Source of the DNA: Octopus sinensis
Lineage: Eukaryota
Assembly: GCF_006345805.1 (NCBI RefSeq)
Contig: NC_042997.1
Span: 27,900,001 to 27,964,000 of the forward strand
Length of the DNA stretch: 64,000 nt
Reading direction: 5' to 3'
Of this stretch, positions 54,630-64,000 are shown piece after piece. The notes below the pieces were generated by a model. It was not told the DNA's origin and did not search any database. It saw only the letters and a program-made list of their open reading frames with translations. The position numbers and the translations under genes were made by a program. The first letter of the stretch is position 1. Each line of letters opens with the position of its first letter.

Positions 54630-55465
54630 TAAAGTGCATCACAAATTAGTATAAGTGATTTGGAACGACATCCAAAGCTAGTATAAAATTTAATTTTTTA
54701 ATAATATGCGAAATATCTGTTTTTATGGATCTTCCTTTTTTATTTTCATAGAAATAATACCACAGCAGGTTATTATGAACATTGCTATTTTTAAACAGTG
54801 TATTTGTGGAAGACAACAACGGTCATATGAATTTTTAACGTAGTTTTTCGTTGTTTTATTCATACTTGCTTTTCTAAACGCAGAATTATTACGCATAACC
54901 AATTGTATTCATCTGTGTTAGAAGGGAATTATGTACACAAATCTTTATGAAATCACGATATTAATATATTATTAAAGATGTTTTGTAAAATATTCTGATA
55001 TTGTGCTAAATTTTAAAAGCCATTTTGTATCAAACAGCCGAAGAGTACAACGCTCATGTCGTTGGCTAAGGGTAAAGCAACTACATCAGCATAAGCTACT
55101 ATAAAAATAAATTTATAAATTTCAATTTGAATTCTTGACAGACTTATATCTATCTTTCTTTGAAATAGCATACAACATAAAAAACAAATTGTTTCTGGTA
55201 GGGCAATGTATGCGTTAGGTTCAATTTTCTTTTATGCATTTTCGTTGGTGCAATCGGTAAGAAGGACATGAACGTCACACAATTCCGTTCACTTTCAAAT
55301 GAAAATTTCGTGTCAGCCATTGAAATATCACTCCAATAGTCAATGCAATCGACTGTATGTAATAAAAAAGGCTTTCTTTTTACAAACTGGATGAAATAAT
55401 ATCACCAAAGTGTCTATACCGAGCCACAGGCTCATAAGACCCTTTTCTCGGATTCTGTGGGATAT

Positions 55466-55790
55466 ACAGGGTGTCCCAAAAAATGTATACACACTTTAGC
55501 AACTGATAACTCAACTGATGTTATTTTTTTTCCAGATTAGACCCATTGGAATTAATGATGGCAGTCAGAATAAGCTTTGAACAAAGGAAATCCTTCTAAA
55601 ATATTACTATAAGTGTGAAAACGCAGTTGAAGTGCAAGGACGGTTTAGGGGAGAGTTTCAAAGAGATTCACCAACGCGACTTGAGTGTCAAGACTATTGA
55701 AAAGGTTGCAAGACGCAAATATTAGGAAAATAAAAATAAGCAATAAATGGAAATTTTACCGGTGAGTGTGTTAAATTATAAGGCACAAAA
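55466..55790 (+). mobile_element. Tc1/mariner-superfamily 5' fragment
   Basis: TIR-like start TA|CAGGGTGTCCCAAAAAATGTATACAC. The remnant MAVRISFEQR...KYYYKCENAVEVQGRFRGEF resembles a transposase N-terminal HTH. Confidence 0.65.
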
Positions 55791-56944
55791 AGAAAATGAC
55801 TCCGCCCAGACACAACAGAATATGCTTCAACACACGAACTCACATAAAGAATCTTGCAAACCAAATCCCAAAACGAAATATATATAATATATATTTACAT
55901 GGGTTTGCGTGCGCGTATGTATGCTTCGGTGTGACAGTGCGTATGCATGTGTGGGTGTGTGCGCGCGTGTAAGCCAGTTCTTGTGTTTATGTCTGTGTGC
56001 AAAATCCAAAATAGAAACTCTAAAGGAAATAGCTTTCATTTTGGATTGGAACACTATTCAAAAATAAAAATATAGTGATTTCTTCAGAATTACAAACCAT
56101 TCATAATAAACAATATCTGCGACCGAGCTGTTATTGGGAGACAGTCGATCCGCAAAATTGTTAAAAACTTTGTTCAAAATGTTACGGTCTAGCTAGTTAC
56201 GAAATCAAAACAGAAAGTAACTTTACATCCAAAACATCGTTAACTACATTTTTTTCTCTCTTAATTGTAAAAACCAAAAAATGACAAAAATAGATTTGCT
56301 CAATAATGAAATGTATGGCAATCAGCATTTAATATTTGTTAAGGTTTTACACTGATGATATCAGCAAGTACGTATGGATTCACGTTTACGACAAAAAAAT
56401 CAATATAGTTTGAAATGTGATATGATACTCTTCTAAAAATAGTCTGTGAGCATTGCTGGGTTTTTGAATTTTGTGAAGTGGGTTAGGTTTAGGTCGTGTT
56501 ATTTGATGCTTTCTTTCTTATTTTCTTTACCCTTGTGCTTTTTTAGAACAAATCTAAAATAATCGCGAATATCAGCGTCTGACTAATATGATGGAAGTGA
56601 ATAAATCACTGAACCTAAAGAAATATACTAAACAGCTCCTCAAAGTTACACATTTGTGGACAAACTTCATTATTAACATTTCAGGAAATATGAAAATATT
56701 TAGACTGTTACTTCAATAAATAGATTACTTGGATTCACACCTCATCTCATATAACTCTAAAATAATATATTTCATTTGATATAGTTGAAGATAAAATGGA
56801 TTTGGACATTACCTGAACTAGTGTCGATGTTGAAAATGAGTAAGAACGATTTGTGGCCAACTCGAAACCTAACATCAAACAACAATTACGAATTCAATCT
56901 ACTGAAAAAATTTATTGCAAGGTGAAACTGATATCTTTTATTTA

Positions 56945-57183
56945 CTTGTTTCTGTGAATAGATTGCGGTCATGCTGGGGCACACTTTTGAAGGATTTTCA
57001 TCGAATGAATTGATGCCATTACTTTACTTTTGAAACTTGGTACTTGTTCTCTCGTTCTCTTTTTGCCGATCCGCAAGGTTACGAAGACTTAAACACATTA
57101 ACAGCGGTTGTCAAGCGGTGGCAGGGAACAAACACAGACAGAAGCACTCACATAGATACATAGACACATACATACATACATGC

Positions 57184-57239
<56 letters not shown>

Positions 57240-57390
57240 ATATATATGTATGTATATATAAACGACACAGAAAAGGCTTTTATCGGCCCGAGATTACAGT
57301 AGAAAACATTTGCTTAACATAACACACAGCTGCACTGAACACGGAACAGTGTGGTTGGGTAGCACACTCCTTACCACACAACCACTCATG
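56945..57390 (-). mobile_element. Older diverged SINE family B copy
   Basis: Contains GCGGTCATGCTGGGGCAC, CTTTTTGCCGA, GGTTGTCAAGC and CTTACCACACA.CCACTC. Confidence 0.7.
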
Positions 57391-57960
57391 CCCCTATCAT
57401 CACAATTACACTCGTCGTAAGATATGTACTTATATCTATTACGAATGACACAGCAAAACTTATGCTTTCCATCTATACACACAAGTGTAAAATCTCGATT
57501 TATTTGTAAAATTGGGAGATTTTCAAGCATAGTAGTGCAACGTATTATAAATGTTAATAAATCTTCTTTGTAAGACTTGGCTATGAAAGACTTGGCTATG
57601 TAAACAAATTAAGTTTTATGCTATCACAAACTATAACTGAGCAAAAGAACTCATAAATCACATACTTGTTGAATTTCTATATAGAATAGTTTTCATCTGC
57701 ATTAAGTTATTTTAACAACCATACCTTCTGTGGTCAGGATATATTCTCATTGGTACAAGTTTATTAATCAATTTATGAGAACAGAAATACCTAAAAATTC
57801 ACTGCAGTTACCGTGGAAGAATAACTTCCCTCGTATGGTAAAGGTGTAAAGACATCAGATCTACCTAGTGCCCCCCCCTAACAGATTGGCAGTCATACGT
57901 TTCTAGCCCTTAAGCTTCCCTCAAAACTGAAGAGAGATAACCTTGAACAGATTCAAAGCA

Positions 57961-58031
<71 letters not shown>

Positions 58032-58424
58032 GTGGGTCCAGGTGAGAAAGTATCAGGGTTTTGAAGAGTGTGTAACCACCTCTTAGCTCTTACTGTTCTC
58101 CGGTGAACTGGTTAACTAGCTTGTGATGCACTGGTGTTGAAGGACGCTCGTTAGACTTTCCTTCTTGGGAGAAGAAAAACTCACATAAAAGTGTACTTGA
58201 CTGCTAATCGTCTCAACATGTGTTGTACCACTGGTTCTTTTCATCTATTTCTGTTTAAAAGTGGTGTCAGTGCAGTGTAACTCTTTACACATTCAAAACA
58301 AATTACGAGCAGTAAGTGCCTGATCTTCGGAACATTTGCAATGAATTACTGAGTGTAGGCAGTGGTCATATATATGTGTGTATTTATGTATGCGTGCGAG
58401 CGTGTGTGAGTATGTGTGTGTATG

Positions 58425-58567
58425 TGCGTGTGTTTGTGTTTATGTCCTCGTAGCTTAGAGATTTTGTAAAGAGACCGATAGTATAAATCCTGGAGTCCAT
58501 TTCTTTGACTAACACCCTTTAAGGCTGTGCTCCAGCAAATGACTACAAGAAGTAAAAGAGTAAAAGA
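58425..58567 (+). mobile_element. 3' fragment of SINE family B
   Basis: Reads AGAGACCGATAG...GGCTGTGCTCCAGC-AAATGACT...AAGTAAAAGAGTAAAAG. Confidence 0.6.
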
Positions 58568-58840
58568 TATATATGTGTGAGTGTGTGTGTGTATGTGTTT
58601 ACATACATGCATAAACACACACATATGTAAACCAAGAGAGATAATAATGATGAAGAGGACGAATAGGATGAGGAAGAACATGATGAGGTGGATGAGCAGC
58701 ATGGTGATGGAAAAGAGAATAGGTACAGACTGTTCTCACGGCAGAATAAGGCTGGTTTCATCTGGAGAGTTATTTGCTAATGGTATTAAACTTTCAATAT
58801 TTTGCTTTACGGACATCAAACACCAAGTAATAGAATAATG

Positions 58841-58902
<62 letters not shown>

Positions 58903-59417
58903 GTAATAATAATGATAATATCCCTACGTAAATTTCTTTGCGTGTGTCAAACAAAGGGTGTGAGAGATCATCTGATAGTTGTTCAGTAATATTTACATAA
59001 TATTTCAGTGGACATATCGTTTAAGGGTGTTAATGAGGTGTTATGATATTTTCACTAACTCTTTGATTTATACCAAGCATAGAGAATTTTCATTTTGCGT
59101 GTGCCTAAAGTACTTATTTGAAGCTCTGCAGAAAGCTGAATAGCTCGATCCCATCAAGATTTTTTAAATACTTTTACGGTTTGATCTTCAAAGCTAATCA
59201 AATGGATAAATAAATTGTTTATTATACTAGATGCGGGATTGCTAATTCACATCTTTGCACCGGTTTGGACTTGTGTGATTGAAAATGAGCGATGTTCTAT
59301 TCTGCTACCAATAATATGATGGTCATAAAGTTTGTTGTGTGATATATTTTCATCACTTTCAGTACTATCAGTACTACATTCAGTCTATGTACTTGACTAT
59401 TGTTTTGTTATTGCATG

Positions 59418-59747
59418 CAGGGGTTCTTAACCGGTGTCCATACGGACCCTGTGGATCCATATATGATTTGGGATGGGAGTCCTCAGGTGTAATAGAGTAA
59501 ATAGGGAGTCAACGGTAATTTCTCAATGGCCAAGAAAAAAATGTACTTCATACTAGTATAATTTATGCGCTAGAAATTGGTTTTACGTCCCCAGTACAGA
59601 AACTATTTTGACAATTTTTATACAAGTCCAAGTAATATTTAATTATAAAAATGCCATAGGATGTTTTAAAAGAATAACTATGCGGACCCACCCACGTAAT
59701 AAAGGAATCAAAGTGGTCGATAGGTAAAAGTTTATTGAGAACCCTTG
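59418..59747. mobile_element. Putative hAT-like MITE
   Basis: Imperfect terminal inverted repeats CAGGGGTTCTTAA and TTGAGAACCCTTG. Confidence 0.4.
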
Positions 59748-59949
59748 GCTTAGATTCAAGTTAGTTCATATTGAGCTTATCTGCCATCAAAAACATTCAA
59801 GACATAATATCTTGTCTTTTGTTATAATTAATCTTACAAACGATTCTGCGAGCTGACAGAATTGTTCGCATTTTGTGCGAAATACCTGGCAGGTTTTGCT
59901 TCTTGGACGTCATCATTTTTATGTTCTACCATCCCTCTTTACAAAACTG

Positions 59950-61270
59950 AGGTGGTATGCCAGTTGCCTGCTTTGCTAGTCTTGTGGATAAGCACAAGTT
60001 CCTGTTGATACTTTTTTGCAATTCAGATTACGTCTTTTAATGAAACCGGGTTTAAATCGCTCCAAAGAGGCTAGTCGCGGAAACAATTCCTCTGCCAACG
60101 GACTCCACACCTTATTACCCTCCATGTAGCACCAGAGATGCCTCAGCCTCAACACATGTCTGCGCATCATCAACCAGAGCATCCTAACCCACCCTTTAGC
60201 GGCAAACGGAGCGCCTCACAAGTGGCTTTCCCCCCTTCAACAATACGCGGAAGAGGAGTCGCTCCAACTTGTTCAGCCACGAGTCGGGGCAAGGAACAAC
60301 GGTCAGGCGGTAGGTGATAACAAATGCAATAAATACCTGTACCACCTCTATCCTTCCTTCCAGGGACAGAGACCTTCTGGACCAGGTCAGGATAAAGGCC
60401 TCCACTTTCTCCAATTCTTCTCCGTCTGGGATTCCGGTCCAAACCAAACTCCAAGCAACTTAACAGGAACACCTGTCCAGTGACTCACGACACTGGACAA
60501 TATCGACCTGCTCCTCCAGGTGCCAAGGCGCAAGCCTATGGACTTGTCCATGTCAACTTTTGCCGCTGCCACCACCTCGTATCCTCTAATAGCCTCCTCT
60601 ACACGAGGTAGCTAAGCCACATTGGATACGATGATGGTGACGTCATCCGCGTAAGCAGTGACCGACTTACCGCAACCGATTTCATTGGGACGTCCCCCAA
60701 ATACTTCACCTTCCGCAGTAATGGCTCAAGAGCCAACACGTACAGGAGCGGAGACAAAGGACAACCCTTGACGAACTGAACGCTTGATAGAAACAGCTCA
60801 GACAGGTAGCCGTTTATCTGGACTGTGGATTTAATGCCGCTATACATGGCGGAGATCCAACCACGGAAGTCAGGGCCCAGCCTAGCCGCGTCGAAGATCG
60901 CCGCCAGGTACTGGTGGTCTACCCTAATCAAACGCTTTATTTTGGTCTAAATGGACCAATACTCCACCTTTGCCGGTTAATTTACCCAACCTATCTAAGG
61001 TGTAGCGGATAAGGTGAAGATTGTCCCAGATCGACCTGCCTAGGATTCCGCATGTCTGGGCCTTTCCTACAAGTTTCTCCACGACACGCGTCAACCTTTT
61101 AGCTAACACCTTGTCCAAAATCTTTAACTCTACAATAAGTAGAGTTATGGGCCTGTACTTACTTATGATATACCCCTTGCTCTGCTCCTTTTGAATCAGC
61201 GTCACCACTCCCCAACTCACAGAGCAGGGAATCCTCACATTCTGTTGCCATTCTGCGAAGACGCTAGCCA
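59950..61270 (-). pseudogene. Tx1/L1-clade LINE RT fragment (frameshifted)
   Basis: Fragments read YRPITLL.VELKILDKVLAKRL, HLDQNKAFD-RVDH, GCPLSPLLYVLALEPLL, AYADDV, KLLGVWFG and WSRRSLSLEGR. Confidence 0.9.
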
Positions 61271-61579
61271 GAAGAGATGTTAAATTCCATAACGAAATTT
61301 CACAAGCTTGTCATGAATGACACAACAATTTTCAGAATAAATCAACCGTAAAGTTTAAAACAAACAACAGTTCACAATTTTTCACAATAAATTTTGAAAT
61401 ATAAAAAAAAAACTAATAGAAATTTTCCACCCGAAGGGCGAAAATTATAGCCTGTCAAAAGATAACAGTTCAAATCCAATCAAGATTTTTCACAATAGCA
61501 CAAATAAACAAGGAACAGATAGAAACGAACTCACATAACATAAGGTAGCAAAAATGAAGATATCGAACTATCACAGAAG

Positions 61580-61860
61580 AAAAAGGCATGGCTTGCTGGC
61601 TTAAATCTTTATTACAAGTCCTGAATACAGAGGGGTCATACACATACATGCAGAAACAAAAAGTAAATGTAGTAATGAATGTAAAATGAATTAAATTTCA
61701 ATGAAAATGAAACGGTCATGTCGGTCCTGCTCCGAGATAAAACCGTGAACTCCATTTTGTTTTCCTTTTTAAACATACATTTCCAGCCTCGCTCGGAGGC
61801 GAAACCGCGACTTTCCTTTTCCGTTCCACCCTACATTAAAAAAACGTTTTGAACATCTGT
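61580..61860 (-). mobile_element. Probable Tx1-type ORF2 end/3' UTR
   Basis: The minus strand gives RVERKRKV-like residues, then a T-rich UTR with AATAAA. Assignment is from recall. Confidence 0.35.
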
Positions 61861-62299
61861 TCATTCAACTGTTGCAAGATTTACTTGTTTTTCCTTTTTT
61901 TCTCAATAAAATGTTCAAATAAATGCTTTTCTCAGTTACAGTTTATACAAAAAATAACGACTTACCGCTTCTCCTTTTTTCCATAATTACCACCGAGGTG
62001 CGAGGTTCAACATCCCCATCCGACCCCAGTTGATTCACTCTTTCATAATGTCGTTCAATTTTGAAATCTTTTAACTTTGAGGTGTCCTATATTTCGCTAT
62101 AAATTTTCTTTTTGTTTGTGTTTTGCATGTAGGAATATTTCTGCAGTTTTTGGCTTCCGTGTGATTGTATCTGTGTGTTGTTCGTGTATTTGTGTGTTTG
62201 TGTGTTCGTTTGACTGTAATTTTACGTATCTCGTCTGTGTGTCTGTGTCTTTAGGTTTCTGTAATTCTGGATTGTCTAGTTTCTGTTCGTGAACTTTTG

Positions 62300-63360
62300 C
62301 ATCTCTGTTTGTTTGAATGTCTGCTGGTCCGGATGATTCTGCAAGTCCTTTACTGGTGATTCTACTGGTAAATTTTCTCCGTTTCAGGTCGTGGGCTTGA
62401 TTTCCTCTTCCATTGTTTTATGCTTCTTCACTTCCACTATCGTCGGCGACTTCCTTCTCCCTCTTTCCTTGGCTTTCATATCCACAAATTTCCCGTCATG
62501 TTCTGTTTTTTGTTTCTGCTCATTTTCTACCATTATATTCTCCTGAATACTCTCTTCCACCATTTCCACTGCTGCTCTAGGGCATTTTTTTTCAAGTGCC
62601 CTCTTTCACCACATCCGTAACACTTTGGGGGTCTCCCATCCAACATCATCTCCAGTTTATCTTCATTTGGTAGTTCCAAAGTTGCTGTCATTTCGTCGTA
62701 GTATTTCGCGCTCTCTAATTCATAGCCCCACCATTTCACTTGTTGTATTCGGCTTATCATGCCAATCCTCAGGTCTTCGCTTTTCTTCCTCAGCTCCGAA
62801 TTAAAAATTGCGGCTATTATCAATTCTGGGTCAATCGACGGTGGGCTTCTTCCCACCCTCACTCTAACAATTCTTTTGCCCAAACAGTTTGGCATCAACG
62901 TCCATTTTTATCCCTGTATCAGCCTGTTGTCGGTTTTGTTTTCGTCTCCTCTTCTGATACAAGGGTTACTACGATCGATGCATATCTCTTTCCTCTTGTA
63001 AAGAACGTCACGCTGCCTCCTACTTGTTTTTCCAAGACTTCCCCTATCTCTTCCTGCAGAACGTGTTCAATTCTCCTATTTTCATTCGAAAATGTTCTGA
63101 ATATGACCATCTTCCTGTCCATTTTCTACTTTTTCTCCTCTGGCAGGGACATTTTCACATTTTACCCTTCCTTCTTTACCATAACATGATATTTGTTTAT
63201 CAGCTCCTCCTTCCACTGCATCATCTCCGGCTTCGGCGCACGTGGGTCCAGGGGAACTCGACCTCCAGTAGCCTCCGCATAACTTTTCCTTTTTCCAAAT
63301 ATTCACTACCACCCAGCAATGGCGGCTTCGCTCAAAAGTTCGGTTAGAGTCCCTCCAAAA
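62300..63360 (-). pseudogene. Tx1-type ORF1 (RRM-like region + CCHC knuckle), frameshifted
   Basis: Fragments read VTFFTRGKRYASIVV, GKRIVRVRVGRSPPSID and GRPPKCYGCGERGHLKK. Confidence 0.75.
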
Positions 63361-63374
63361 ACAACAAAGAAGTG

Positions 63375-63909
63375 GTTTGCTAGCTGTCGATGCCTATTCG
63401 CCTTTGAAAACTTATAGAATTTCAAGTGAAATAAATTCACTGATCTACAAGATTAGAAATATTGCATTAGTAAATCTCACAGAGAGATATGCAGTGGCAG
63501 CACGATAAAGTGATGGTTTGTTGCCAACTTAATGTGGCAGACTGAGGAAAAGGACGAATAATACTGCTATGTTGCCCCAGGAAACATAGTTTCCAGTTGG
63601 TTACGTGACACACGTGTTATGCATCCTTAAGTTTTCAAACAGGGGAGATAAGCACCTCCACCCAGCAAAGCCAGCATCCACAGACTAGTTTCAGAGTTAT
63701 TGCTCTCCATCAGTGTGGGGTAGCTTCGTTTACTAACTGTCAAATCTTATTCGCCTTTGAAAACTTATAGAATTTCAAGTGAAATAAATTCACTTATCTA
63801 CAAAATTAGAAATATTGCATTTCTAAATCTCTCAGGGAGATTTATACAGTGGCAACACGATAACGTGATGTTTTGTTGCCAACTTGTCTCTAGATGCTGG
63901 CTTTGCTGG
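63375..63909 (-). mobile_element. Penelope pLTR-like structure: direct repeats, hammerhead and inverted tail
   Basis: Direct repeats at 63395-63530 and 63748-63885 (period 353). 63662-63685 is inverted at 63886-63909. Confidence 0.7.
63678..63718 (-). ncRNA. Hammerhead motif with A9G core variant
   Basis: Reads CCACA-CUGAUGG-AGAG-CAAUAA-CUCU-GAAA-C-UA-GUC-UGUGG, with the stem III palindrome ACUAGU. Confidence 0.65.
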
Positions 63910-64000
63910 ACCTAATCACATCTAACACATATTTCATTAGAATTAGAGGTTAAAGAGTTAAGGGTTGTAAGTATAGTAAGGTTTAGTGTTCAGAAAGCGA

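Noticed and set aside
57885-57930. Hammerhead-like UUGAGGG..AGC/GCU..GAAACGUA (minus strand)
   Set aside because: Two core substitutions and a misregistered stem I.

Overview
Eukaryotic, AT-rich, microsatellite-dense DNA. It is most likely intronic or intergenic octopus (cephalopod) sequence, judged from SINE families I recognise from Octopus genomes; this is recall, not a database match. No multi-exon host gene can be assembled; there is one plausible 60-nt minus-strand exon. The window is a layered mobile-element archive. It holds a near-intact full-length CR1/L2-group LINE (ORF1 6254-7165 with Myb/SANT-like and CCCH domains; APE-RT ORF2 7117-10113 broken only by three 1-nt deletions) and a 5'-truncated sister LINE, both set in (TA)n arrays. 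It also holds R4/Dong-, HERO-, RTE- and Tx1-type LINE remnants, mariner/Tc1/hAT remnants and many tRNA-derived SINEs. The most striking unannotated signal is eight type I hammerhead-ribozyme motifs (10339-10416, 10683-10760, 10941-10975, 19916-19961, 30486-30528, 35106-35143, 47298-47335, 63678-63718). All have the short palindromic stem III typical of Penelope-associated dimeric hammerheads. They include a pair forming a 508-bp near-perfect palindrome and one fused behind a tRNA-derived Pol III promoter. A covarying 3' stem-loop links the two LINEs to a SINE family. All structures were derived by eye and need computational or experimental confirmation.
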